In this document: positions 1-9,529 of the stretch, in pieces
Layout of the letters: each line of letters opens with the position of its first letter
Numbering within the stretch: position 1 is the first letter of the stretch
From: an uncultured Bacillota bacterium
GTDB taxonomy: Bacteria; Sysuimicrobiota; Sysuimicrobiia; Sysuimicrobiales; Segetimicrobiaceae
DNA: 64,000 nt
Direction of reading: 5' to 3'
NCBI GenBank assembly: GCA_963804645.1
Contig: CAWDRG010000019.1
Span: 64,001 to 128,000 of the forward strand
Translations under genes and position numbers: made by a program
The notes under the pieces: generated by a model
Database searches by the model: none
Seen by the model: the letters and a program-made list of their open reading frames with translations, nothing else
Told to the model about the DNA's origin: nothing

Positions 1-2514
1 CGCGCGGGTATCAGCCGTGGGGATCGCGTCGTGTGTGTCCTCTCCGACAGCGCGGAAGCAGCTGTGGCGCTGCTGGCGGTCGCAAGTGCGGCGGTCTGTG
101 TGCCGCTCCATCCGTCCTGCGGGGCCGATGAATTCGACGTCTACCTCGGCGAGGTGCTGGCCAAAGCCATCCTGATCGACGGTTCGGAGTCGTCCGTGCG
201 GAGCGTGGCACAGCGACGCGGCATGCCGATCGTCGAGATCGGCCGGCGGAACGGTGCCGTGGACGTCATCGCCCCACTCCCGGATGCCACACGCACCGCG
301 GTCCCAACTGTCGTTCCGTCTCCCGGGGACACCGCGATCGTGTTTCGTACGTCGGGCACCACCGGGCGGCCGAAGCGAGTGCCGCTGACGCACGCGATGC
401 TGTGCGTTCGTGCATTTCTTGCATACGAAAGTAACGCGGGGTCCCAGGTGTCGGCCGAGGATCGCTGTCTCAACCTCATGCCGCTTTGCTACTATGCCGG
501 CTTCTACACTCTGCTGACGGCGCTCGCGGCCGGCGGCAGCATCGCGTGGCCGCAGAGCCTCGACCCCGACGCGTTTTTCGCCGCGCTCGAGGTCTTCCGC
601 CCGTCGTGGTATGCGGCCACGCCGACGGTGCACAGCGCCATCGTTGCTCACGCCGCGCGGTACGCCGATCTGATCGCCAGGTACCCGCTGCGATTCATTC
701 GATCCGCGACGGCGGAATTGGCGCCGCCGCTGTGGGCGGACCTGGAGCGAGTCTTCAACGCCCCGGTCGTGTCCACGTATGCGACGACCGAGACGTCACG
801 GGTGTGCATGAACGCGCTGCCTCCGGGCCTGCACAAGGCGGGCTCGCTGGGACGGTGCGTCCCTGGGTCGGTTGGGATTCTGGACGCGCAGGGATACCTG
901 GTGCCCGTGGGTGCGGAGGGCGAGATCGGGGTACGAGGCCCCACCGTGTTCACCGGCTACGAAGACGACCCGGAGGCCACGCGGGCGGCGTTTGTCCATG
1001 GCTGGTTCCGCACAGGGGACAGCGGCCGCATCGACGCGGATGGGTTCCTGTTCCTTACCGATCGGATCAAGGACGTGATCAATCGGGGTGGGACGAAGAT
1101 CTCACCCCACGCCGTCGAGATGGTGCTGTTAGCCCATCCCGCGGTCGCGGCCGCGGCCGTGTTCGGCATGCCCCATGCGACGCTCGGCGAAGACGTGGTG
1201 GCGGCGGTCGTGCCGCGATCGGGCAGTGCGGTGACGGAGCGTGACCTGCGCGCCTTCGCGGCGGCGCGGCTTTCGGCGTTCGAAACACCGGACCGCGTGC
1301 TGCTGGTGGAGCGGATTCCAACGAGCGCGGTGGGCAAGGTGCAGCGTCGGATGCTGGCGCAGCAGCTGGCCCCACTGCTGACCGTGCAGCACGAGATGCC
1401 GGCGACGGATCTTGACCGCGCGATTGCGGAGGTGTGGACCCGCGAACTGCGGGTGCCGACGAGTCTCCACGACAACTTCTTCGCCCTGGGCGGAGACTCG
1501 CTCACGGCGGTGCGGGTGGTCAGCGAGGTCTCCCGGATGTTCCGAACGGCGCTGCCGGTGAACACGCTGCTGCAGGCGTCGACGGTGGCGCAGATGGCCG
1601 ACCTTATTCGGCAGGGGGACCGGCTGCCGCCGTGGTCGTCGCTGGTGCCGATCCAGGCGGGACGCGGCCGGCCGCCGCTGTTCTGCGTCCACGGCGCACA
1701 AGGCAATATCCTGGATTTCCGCGAACTGGCACAACACTTGGGGTCGGACCAGCCGGTGTACGGACTACAGTCACAAGGCCTTGACGGCGTGCTCGCCCCC
1801 TACACCCGGATCGAGGACATGGCCGCCCACTACTTGCGGGAAATCGAGGCGGTGGCGTCCCACGGCCCCGAGTTTCTGTGCGGCTTTTCCATGGGTGGCA
1901 TCGTCGCCCTCGAGATGGCCCGGCAACTGCACGCCGCCGGTCGTCGCGTCGCCCTCCTCGCGATGCTGGACACCCGTTTGAACCGGTTGGCGTCTCTCCC
2001 GGGCCTCACGACCGGGCAGCAAATCGTGTTTCATGTCCGGCATTGCGGGGAGGCCGGGCTTCGACTCGCTCGGAACTCCGCCGCCGACGGCGCGAAGTAC
2101 CTGCTCCCCGGAACGGTCGCGGACACGAGGAGATCCACCCTGGGACGGCCGGATCAGCGCGATCCCGGCCCGGACGTACCTGCGATCATGAGGCGTATCG
2201 AGGAACTCAACGTGCGGGCCACCAAACACTATCGTCCCCAGGTCTACCCGGGTAAGATCGTGGTCTACCTCGCGAAAGATGCCGTCTGGTCGTCACGATA
2301 CGCCTCCCTCCTGGGATGGCGGTATCTGGCGGGAGGGGGACTGGACATCGCGGTGATCCCCGGAGATCATGACTGCTTTCTCTCTGCGCCAGCAGAATTG
2401 GCGGCCAACCTCCGGGCCAGAATTGATCAGATCCTCGAAACATCTCGGATGTCGCATCCCGCAGTGGCCCATCACGAGCGGGCGGCCGGCATCGCGAGTG
2501 AGGGACGGGCATAA
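1..2514 (+). CDS. NRPS-like / acyl-CoA-ligase-type adenylation + carrier (T) + thioesterase protein, 5'-partial
   Basis: Frame is open from base 1. A-domain motifs RTSGTTGRPK, GWFRTGD, DRIKDVINRGG; Ppant motif FFALGGDSL; TE motif GFSMGG and C-terminal GDH. Confidence 0.85.
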   Translation, partial: RAGISRGDRVVCVLSDSAEAAVALLAVASAAVCVPLHPSCGADEFDVYLGEVLAKAILIDGSESSVRSVAQRRGMPIVEIGRRNGAVDVIAPLPDATRTAVPTVVPSPGDTAIVFRTSGTTGRPKRVPLTHAMLCVRAFLAYESNAGSQVSAEDRCLNLMPLCYYAGFYTLLTALAAGGSIAWPQSLDPDAFFAALEVFRPSWYAATPTVHSAIVAHAARYADLIARYPLRFIRSATAELAPPLWADLERVFNAPVVSTYATTETSRVCMNALPPGLHKAGSLGRCVPGSVGILDAQGYLVPVGAEGEIGVRGPTVFTGYEDDPEATRAAFVHGWFRTGDSGRIDADGFLFLTDRIKDVINRGGTKISPHAVEMVLLAHPAVAAAAVFGMPHATLGEDVVAAVVPRSGSAVTERDLRAFAAARLSAFETPDRVLLVERIPTSAVGKVQRRMLAQQLAPLLTVQHEMPATDLDRAIAEVWTRELRVPTSLHDNFFALGGDSLTAVRVVSEVSRMFRTALPVNTLLQASTVAQMADLIRQGDRLPPWSSLVPIQAGRGRPPLFCVHGAQGNILDFRELAQHLGSDQPVYGLQSQGLDGVLAPYTRIEDMAAHYLREIEAVASHGPEFLCGFSMGGIVALEMARQLHAAGRRVALLAMLDTRLNRLASLPGLTTGQQIVFHVRHCGEAGLRLARNSAADGAKYLLPGTVADTRRSTLGRPDQRDPGPDVPAIMRRIEELNVRATKHYRPQVYPGKIVVYLAKDAVWSSRYASLLGWRYLAGGGLDIAVIPGDHDCFLSAPAELAANLRARIDQILETSRMSHPAVAHHERAAGIASEGRA

Positions 2515-2648
2515 CGGCCGGCCCGATCTTCGCTGGAGTGACTCGATGTGAATCGGGCTGCCGGGACCTTCAGGGCTGTGCGGTGGGCTGACCTACGCGT
2601 GGCGTGTGATGTCTCGTCCGTCGCGTCTGCCATCGCCAATCGTGCGCC

Positions 2649-3170
2649 TCAACGAAACACCGGGTCAACCGCTGCGAGCGCCGCGTAATCGACCTGCCAA
2701 TCCTGTCCGTTGGCGCGCATGTTGACGCGCACCGGCGTAGTCCGCGTCCGACCCGCGGTGGTCCGTACCGTCGCGGTGAAAGCGGCTACCGCGGTGTCTC
2801 CGCGGAGGGATACCTGGACGCGGGTCAGCGAAAACGCGGCGATCGCCGAATGCTCCATAGGAGTGGGCCAATCAGCCGGGCGATTGTAGGTGAACCGCTC
2901 CACCCAGGCCTGCGCCTGCGCGGCGCCGGCGTGCGCGAACCCGTCGTACACCTGCGTGACGGCATTCTCGGCGAGTGCGGCCGGCGTAGACGGATAGCCG
3001 ACGAGCAGACCGGCGGTCTGATCCGCCGTCACCGCGTCATGGGCCCAGTGCCAGGGCGGCACGTCCGGGAACGGTGCGGCGACGCTTGCCTGAGGCGCCG
3101 CGCACAGGAGGGCGGCGAACGTGAAGCCGATCATCCGGCTTCCGGTCACGACTGCGCGAAATCTCCTCAC
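2649..3170 (-). CDS. Secreted protein with an N-terminal SLH-like motif
   Basis: Signal peptide, then FPDVPPWHWAHDAV...GLLVGYP, which resembles an S-layer homology repeat. Confidence 0.6.
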   Translation of the reverse strand: MRRFRAVVTGSRMIGFTFAALLCAAPQASVAAPFPDVPPWHWAHDAVTADQTAGLLVGYPSTPAALAENAVTQVYDGFAHAGAAQAQAWVERFTYNRPADWPTPMEHSAIAAFSLTRVQVSLRGDTAVAAFTATVRTTAGRTRTTPVRVNMRANGQDWQVDYAALAAVDPVFR

Positions 3171-3561
3171 GCGCGATTCCCCCTTCGGCAGCCTTCCTCC
3201 ATATTAACGAAACGGCGGCGGTGCCGGTTCGATGTGCCGGAGTCACCTGTGACCGCGGTCGGGGGTGACCTCCGAGGTCCCGAGGGCTGGCGCCGCTGCC
3301 CAGGTTGCCAGCGCGCGGCCGGTTGGCCGGCCGGATATCGCGAGGTCGCGGGCGAACGCCCAGAAGGACACTCCGATCTGGGCGACGAAATACGACCGGG
3401 CAGTGGCAGATCGTTCCGGTGAGGCGCGGACGTTGACCGGGGGGTGGGCCAGGAGCCTGCCCCTTGTTGTGTTATGTTGGGCGATCGTGGGATCGTGCCG
3501 TCGCGGTGGAAGCGACCGTGTTGGATCCAGCGCCCAACCGGATAGCTGAGAGGGGGACCTC

Positions 3562-4440
3562 ATGAAGTGGCGGTGGACGGGGTTGCGGATGTTCTTGGCG
3601 GTCGCCTCGCTGGCGGGTCTGCTGTGTTCGATCGTGACGGCCGCGAGCGCCGACACCAACATGTACGACGGCCAGTGGCGCTTTACGTTCGTGCCCTATC
3701 TCTGGTTTCCGACGATCAACGGCACGCTGAATTTCACCACACCCGGCCCACGCGGTGGTGCCAACCTTCCCGGACAGACTCCTCCCGGGACCAATGTGGG
3801 CGTGACGCTTGGACCCAACAGCTACCTCGCCAACTTGAATTTCGCGTTCCTGGGATACTTCGAGGCGCGCAAGTCGAACTGGTCGGTATTTGCCGACTTG
3901 GTTACTATGAGTTTGTCGAGCCAGACTTCCGAGGTGACTACGTTCGACATCGGCCAGGGTCGGGTCAATCTCGACCCATCGGTGAATACCAGCACGTCTT
4001 CCTCGTTCTCAACCACCCTCGCTACGCTCGCCGGCAGCTACACGGTCCTGCACCAGAATAACACCACCCTGGACGTGTTCGCCGGCGCCCAATTGGCGAG
4101 CGCGAACGCCGGCGTCAGTTGGACGCTGACCGGGCCGCGCGGCATGTTTCCGCAGTCGGGAACCGCCAGCGGGAGCCAGCAGGTGATCGCGGGGATTGGC
4201 GGCATCAAGGGGAACATCCAGCTCGGCGGCGCCGACAGTCGGTGGTTTATTCCTTATCTCTTCGATGTCGGAGGCGGTGGGTTCACGACGTACCAGGCCA
4301 TGGCCGGCATCGCGTACGCCTTCTCGTGGGGCGACGTCGCGCTGACGTACCGGCATCTGTACATCGACATGGGATCGGGGAACTTGGTGCAGAATTTCAC
4401 GATGAGCGGGCCGATGCTCGGGGTGGGATTCCACTGGTGA
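3562..4440 (+). CDS. Putative outer-membrane beta-barrel protein
   Basis: Signal peptide, WRFTFVPYLW, alternating aromatic strands, C-terminal GPMLGVGFHW; RBS-like GAGGGGG upstream. Confidence 0.6.
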   Translation: MKWRWTGLRMFLAVASLAGLLCSIVTAASADTNMYDGQWRFTFVPYLWFPTINGTLNFTTPGPRGGANLPGQTPPGTNVGVTLGPNSYLANLNFAFLGYFEARKSNWSVFADLVTMSLSSQTSEVTTFDIGQGRVNLDPSVNTSTSSSFSTTLATLAGSYTVLHQNNTTLDVFAGAQLASANAGVSWTLTGPRGMFPQSGTASGSQQVIAGIGGIKGNIQLGGADSRWFIPYLFDVGGGGFTTYQAMAGIAYAFSWGDVALTYRHLYIDMGSGNLVQNFTMSGPMLGVGFHW

Positions 4441-4845
4441 GATCGCGGCCGGCGACCGTGTCCCGGCCACGTGGATTCATGCTCCTGAACGGATCGCTCC
4501 GACCCGACGCTGCTCGATAGTGTGCAGTGGGTTGCTCGCGGGTCGACTCGCTCCGAGTCGGGCCTGGTACGCGCTCGAGTGAACTGACTCCGGCGAAGCC
4601 GCACGCGATCCGGCCCATCGTCCACCGGGGGCCGCGCGGGCGTGTCCGAAGCACCCCGTGTGTGTGCGGCGCCGACGCAGGTATCTCGCATCCGGATGGC
4701 AAACCCCGCTGTGGAAGGATCGCGCGGCCCGGCCGCGGCGAGCCTTGCGTCACGCCCACGTGACGTCGCGCCCGGTCGGCGGGTGGGTCGGGGCGCGTAT
4801 GGTGTCGGGCCGCGCCTCGGGTCGATGGGCGAAAAGGGGGATGAG

Positions 4846-5496
4846 ATGCATATCGCATTTGGCGCCAAGGTCGTCGACGCGGATGGCAAGGCAGTTGGCA
4901 CGGTTCGCTACGTCGTGCTGAACCCGGACACCCGCCAGGTTGACGGGCTCGTCGTGCACCAGGGGATCGTCCGAAGCCGCGAAGTGGTGGTGCCGATGGC
5001 GAAGGTGGCGGGCACCGATCAACCGATTCGGCTCGCCTTGAAGGCCGCGGATCTCGACAACCTGTCCCTCTTCAACCCAGCGCACATTCGGCGCATGCCG
5101 GATCATTGGGACATGCCCATCGGATTCGACGAGCGCGACCTGTTCATGGTGGGCGGGGCGACCTGGGCGGAAGCGACTCTGCCGTTTGAACAGACTTCCC
5201 ACGCCGTGTCGGGAACACCGCAGTGGGAGAAGGACACGAACAAGGCGGACTACGATGCCCCGGAGCCGGACATCGCGAAGGGCACGCCCGTCTACGACAG
5301 CGCCGGCAAGCGCGTCGGCGATGTCGAGTCGATCGACATCGACCAGGCGTCGCGGAAGATCACGTGGATCGTCGTGCGGAAGGGACTCCTGTTCGGGCGG
5401 GACACGACGATTCCGGCGAGCCTCATCAAGTCGGTCACGGATCGCGTGACGCTCAACGCGCCGGCCGACGCCGCGAAGAAGCTTGAACCGAAGTAA
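4846..5496 (+). CDS. Tandem PRC-barrel domain protein
   Basis: Two repeats, GAKVVDADGKAVGTV and GTPVYDSAGKRVGDV; ATG at 4846 follows a G-rich RBS. Confidence 0.8.
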   Translation: MHIAFGAKVVDADGKAVGTVRYVVLNPDTRQVDGLVVHQGIVRSREVVVPMAKVAGTDQPIRLALKAADLDNLSLFNPAHIRRMPDHWDMPIGFDERDLFMVGGATWAEATLPFEQTSHAVSGTPQWEKDTNKADYDAPEPDIAKGTPVYDSAGKRVGDVESIDIDQASRKITWIVVRKGLLFGRDTTIPASLIKSVTDRVTLNAPADAAKKLEPK

Positions 5497-5599
5497 GCCT
5501 CCGGTGCGGAGACCGACCCGGGTCGTGATCCGCACGCCGGGCGCGGCACGTGATCACGGACAGCGCAGGGGGCGACCGATGCGTGCTGGGCATCATGGG

Positions 5600-6133
5600 A
5601 TGAAGACGGCGGCGTGGCTGGGGGCGGTCGTGACGGCCGTGCTGCTCATGTGGTCAGGGCCGGCGGGGGCGGGCGTAACCGTGCACGTGCCCGCGAGCAC
5701 CCACGTCGGTCTTGAGTTCATGACCCCAGTGTACACGGCCACGGCCGTCAATGGAAACACCGTCAACTTTCGGATCGCCGCGGACGTAATCGTCAACCGC
5801 TACGTCGTGATCAAGCAGAGCACCCCGCTGACGGGCACGGTGACCAGTGCGACGGGCCCCGGCAGGTTCGGCCGGCCGGCACGGGTGATGATCGGGTACC
5901 TCAGCGTGAAGGCCGTCGATCGTCGGCCGCTTGCGCTGAACGGGTTCGAGATTTCCCCGCAGCGCACGGGCCGGGCGGGAGCCGCCGGCGCGATGGCGGC
6001 GGGGGCGCTGCTCACCCACAGCGCGTGGGGCCTGCTCGGCGGTGCCTTGGTCAAGGGGAACGATGTGCAGGTGCCGGTGCATTCCGTGATCGGCGTCACC
6101 ACGCAGGCCCCCGCGACGGTCGTGGTCCCGTAA
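5600..6133 (+). CDS. Secreted hypothetical protein
   Basis: Signal peptide (MKTAAWLG...AGA), beta-rich body, glycine-zipper-like segment. Confidence 0.6.
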   Translation: MKTAAWLGAVVTAVLLMWSGPAGAGVTVHVPASTHVGLEFMTPVYTATAVNGNTVNFRIAADVIVNRYVVIKQSTPLTGTVTSATGPGRFGRPARVMIGYLSVKAVDRRPLALNGFEISPQRTGRAGAAGAMAAGALLTHSAWGLLGGALVKGNDVQVPVHSVIGVTTQAPATVVVP

Positions 6134-6182
6134 CCGCAGACACCCTCCGCACCGCTCCAGTCAGGTCTCGACCGAGACGAAA

Positions 6183-6216
6183 GCACCGTGGCGCCCCAAC
6201 CGGGGCGCCACGGTGT
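6183..6216. terminator. Strong hairpin between convergent genes
   Basis: GCACCGTGGCGCCCC-AACC-GGGGCGCCACGGTGT. Confidence 0.7.
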
Positions 6217-6318
6217 TGACTCAGGCCTGCCTCGACGAACGGACCTAGCGCGTCTTCGGCCGATGCGCGTGCGTCATGCTGAGAAGACCGACCGGCCAGC
6301 CAGCAGTGGTGCCGTGCG

Positions 6319-6939
6319 CTAGTGAATCGTGTACTTGGTCAGCGTGACCGACTTGTTCCGCACGTCCGCCGGCCACGCGGCCTCCGGCCCGAACGTGATC
6401 TTCACGATCGTCTTCGCCGCCGGCGAGTACCAGGCGAAGCCCGTGCCGACCTGCTGCTGCGCCGGGGGATTGCCACTCGGCATCGTCAGGACCGAGCACA
6501 GCAGCTCCACCGCGGAGAACGTCCCGGCCGGCACCGTCACCGATTGCACCGGGCCGACGCGCCACACGAAGTCAGCCTTCGTCCCCTTGTCGATCCACCG
6601 TTTGTTGGCGGTGAGGGGCCACTTCAGGAACAGGAAGTTGCCGATCTGCTCGCGCTTGAACATCGCGCCCCACTCCATGTTGGGCCGCACGCCGGCGCCC
6701 ATCCCAGCGATCGTGTAGGACCCGTCGGTTGCGGCGCTCTCGACGGTCATAGCCACCGCGCCGCCCATGGGGCCCTTCCACGTCCACGTGTCACCGTGGT
6801 ACCATGTCGGCGCGGTCAGCGGAAGCTTCGCCATCGCCATGGGCATCGACTGTGCGTTGAGCTGCAGCGGGAGCATGCCCGCTACCAAAACTAATCCGAG
6901 GATCGCTGCGAACGTGCCAAGCTTGAACCTACGAACCAC
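6319..6939 (-). CDS. Secreted hypothetical protein
   Basis: GTG start after GAAGGGGAAGG; signal peptide; VTVPAGTF beta-hairpin motif and WYSP..K..VK. Confidence 0.7.
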   Translation of the reverse strand: MVRRFKLGTFAAILGLVLVAGMLPLQLNAQSMPMAMAKLPLTAPTWYHGDTWTWKGPMGGAVAMTVESAATDGSYTIAGMGAGVRPNMEWGAMFKREQIGNFLFLKWPLTANKRWIDKGTKADFVWRVGPVQSVTVPAGTFSAVELLCSVLTMPSGNPPAQQQVGTGFAWYSPAAKTIVKITFGPEAAWPADVRNKSVTLTKYTIH

Positions 6940-6996
6940 GATATCACCTTCCCCTTCGATTGGTTTGGTGCAAGTTGTGGAACCGCACGTGCCCAC

Positions 6997-7026
6997 AAAA
7001 ATGCCCCGGTCGCAAAAGGCCGGGGC
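6997..7026 (-). terminator. Intrinsic terminator inside the leader of the gene at 6319-6939
   Basis: Minus strand: GCCCCGGCC-TTTTGC-GACCGGGGC-ATTTTT. Confidence 0.65.
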
Positions 7027-7054
7027 TAGGCCAGTCGACTCGTCTCTCACTAAA

Positions 7055-7084
7055 ACCTTAGCATTCCCCAATGAGGGTTGTCAA
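7055..7084 (-). promoter_or_regulatory. sigma70-type promoter (IS target site 1)
   Basis: Minus strand: TTGACA-18 bp-TAAGGT with a TG extended -10. Confidence 0.75.
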
Positions 7085-7089
7085 CCGAT

Positions 7090-8511
7090 CGAATCAACTC
7101 ACCTAAAATCTTACTATGAGCCGCATCGTCAAATCACGAAGGATCTTACCGGGCGCGCCGTCCCAGTCTATCGCCCCGGAGGCCCCGGTGACCCCTGCCG
7201 CTCGTCGCGAATACGTCCGCGCCGTTCGCCCACGCTACACGCTTGCGCCGCGCAAACACCGGCGCGCGATCCTGGACGAATTCTGTGCCACGACCGGGTA
7301 CCATCGCAAATACGCGATCACGGTGCTAAACGGCCCGTTGCCCACACCGGCCCCCCCACGCCGTCGGCAGCCCGTCTATGCCGAGCAGACGGTCACCGTG
7401 CTCGCGGCGATTTGGGAGGCCGCGGGATACCCCTGGTCCGCACGGCTCCAGGCGCTGCTGCCGCTCTGGTTGCCCTGGGCCCGCCGTCATTTCACCATCC
7501 CGCGGGCGGTGCTGCGTGCGCTCCCCAAGATGAGTCCCAGTACGATCGACCGGCGCCTGCGCAGTCGGAAGCGCCAGATCCGCCGTCGGCTCTACGGCCG
7601 CACCAAGCCTGGCACGTTGCTCAAGAGCCATATCCCCGTCCGCACCGAGCACTGGGACGTCACGGCCCCCGGCTTCGTGGAAGTCGACTTGGTCTCCCAT
7701 TCCGGCAACTCGGCCGTGGGGGACTTCCTCCAATCGCTCAACCTGACGGACATCCAGACGGGGTGGGTGGAGTCTCGGGCCCTCCTGAGCAAGACGCAGC
7801 GCGGCGTGCAGCGGGCGCTCGCGGAGCTGCGGGCGGCGCTGCCCTTTGCGCTCCGCGGCCTCGATTCCGACAATGGCTCGGAGTTCATCAACACGGTGTT
7901 GTGGGAGTATTGCCGAGGGTCGAAGATCGAGTTCACCCGCAGCCGGCCCTACAAGAAAAACGACAACGCCCACGTGGAGCAGAAAAACTGGACCCACGTG
8001 CGCAAGCTGTTGGGCTGGGACCGCTACGACTCCGCCGAGGCGCTCACGGCGATCAACGACCTCTACCGCCACGAACTGCGCCTGATGATGAACCTCTTTC
8101 AGCCGTCGGTCAAGCTGGTCGGCAAGACGCGGGTCGGCGCCAAGGTCCACCGGACCTACGATCGCGCGCAAACGCCCGTGGATCGGCTCCTCGCCTCCAA
8201 ACAGGGCGATCCGCGACAACTCCGGACCTTAGCGCGCCTGCGGGCCAAGATCGATCCCTTCGCCTTGGGGGCCGCCATCGATCGCAAGCTCGAGCGCATC
8301 TATCAGCTGGCCAACCGGCGTCACAGTCCCCGCGCCAGCACCCCAGAGGCCCGCCCGGTCGACGCGCGGTTCCAGCCGCGCGCGCACCACTGGAACAACG
8401 ACTGGTTGTTTGCCAAGCGACAGGATCGTCGCGCCACCGCCGGTTCCGCGGTAAGAACTTAAATGACCTGACGATACCCTCTCCGGTAAGGTTCTTTAAT
8501 GACTTGACACG
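7090..8511 (+). mobile_element. 1422-bp DDE insertion sequence, copy 1 (ISNCY-like / IS481-related)
   Basis: Ends CGAATCAACTCA... and ...TGACTTGACACG; CCGAT duplicated at 7085-7089 and 8512-8516; near-identical inverted copy at 54084-55505. Confidence 0.92.
7188..8462 (+). CDS. DDE transposase (integrase core)
   Basis: GFVEVDLVSH, LDSDNGSEF, NDNAHVEQKN; GTG at 7188 after GGAGG (the ORF track starts at 7116). Confidence 0.9.
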   Translation: MTPAARREYVRAVRPRYTLAPRKHRRAILDEFCATTGYHRKYAITVLNGPLPTPAPPRRRQPVYAEQTVTVLAAIWEAAGYPWSARLQALLPLWLPWARRHFTIPRAVLRALPKMSPSTIDRRLRSRKRQIRRRLYGRTKPGTLLKSHIPVRTEHWDVTAPGFVEVDLVSHSGNSAVGDFLQSLNLTDIQTGWVESRALLSKTQRGVQRALAELRAALPFALRGLDSDNGSEFINTVLWEYCRGSKIEFTRSRPYKKNDNAHVEQKNWTHVRKLLGWDRYDSAEALTAINDLYRHELRLMMNLFQPSVKLVGKTRVGAKVHRTYDRAQTPVDRLLASKQGDPRQLRTLARLRAKIDPFALGAAIDRKLERIYQLANRRHSPRASTPEARPVDARFQPRAHHWNNDWLFAKRQDRRATAGSAVRT

Positions 8512-8689
8512 CCGATCCGACTCGGCGGCCGGCGCGCGCAAATGTAACGACGCGCCACCGCGGAGCGTGTTCGTCGCGAGCACGCGGTGACCGGGGCGCG
8601 GCAAGGTGCGGCCCCGCACCGCGGGGAAGTTCGTCCGCCGACGTCCGGACGCGATCGCGCTGGTGGCGGCTGAGGGAGGGTTCCGGGGA

Positions 8690-9424
8690 ATGGTGACCAT
8701 CGAGACTCTGATCGTGGCCAGCGTGCTCGCCGCGACCTATCTCGGGGCCGCGCGGGTGACGGTGGTCCGGGGAGGGTTTGCCCGTCGATGGCTGTCGGCC
8801 GCCGCCGGCGTCTCTGTCGCCTACGTGTTCATGGACATCCTCCCGGAGCTTGAAACACAGCACCAGCTTTACGTCGCGGCGATTGGGGAGAACGCGTTTT
8901 TCACGGAGCAGCGGATCTATATTGCCGCGCTCATCGGGTTCGTGCTGTTCTATGGATTCGATCGCTTTCTCTTCCGGCGTGCGGCCGGTGGGGACACGCC
9001 CGCCGAGCACAACGCGACCGATGCGGCCTTTTGGGTGCACGTCGGCGGCTACGCGGTGTACAGCTGGTTGATCGGGTACCTCCTGATCGAACGAGCGGAC
9101 TTGGGCGCGCGGGTGCTTGCGCTGTACGGCATCGCCATGATGCTCCACCTGACCTTGGTCAGCCACACGCTCGTCCGGCGTCACGGCCAGGCGTATACGC
9201 GGGTCGGTGCATGGATCCTGGCGGCGAGCATTCTCGCGGGGTGGGCGACCGGTGTGATGATCGAGATGCCCGTCGTTGTGATCGCGCGAGTGTTCGCGTT
9301 CGTGGCCGGCGGGATTGTGATGACCAGCATGAACGAGGAGCTCCCGGCCGGACAGGACGGAAATTTCTGGTGGTTCTCCGGGGGCGCGGCGGTCTACGCG
9401 TTCATTCTCCTCGCGACTCACTGA
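8690..9424 (+). CDS. Multi-pass membrane protein, possibly a ZIP-like transporter
   Basis: About 7-8 hydrophobic segments; AGVSVAYVFMDILPEL and EELP motifs. Confidence 0.6.
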   Translation: MVTIETLIVASVLAATYLGAARVTVVRGGFARRWLSAAAGVSVAYVFMDILPELETQHQLYVAAIGENAFFTEQRIYIAALIGFVLFYGFDRFLFRRAAGGDTPAEHNATDAAFWVHVGGYAVYSWLIGYLLIERADLGARVLALYGIAMMLHLTLVSHTLVRRHGQAYTRVGAWILAASILAGWATGVMIEMPVVVIARVFAFVAGGIVMTSMNEELPAGQDGNFWWFSGGAAVYAFILLATH

Positions 9425-9529
9425 CGGCGAGACGGCGCTCCGCGCAGCCATGCCAGTCGTTCGCGCGGTATCCTGAATGAGGGGGGATGTGTCCGGCGCC
9501 GAGCTGCCGGTGCCCCCGTACAGCGCCGG

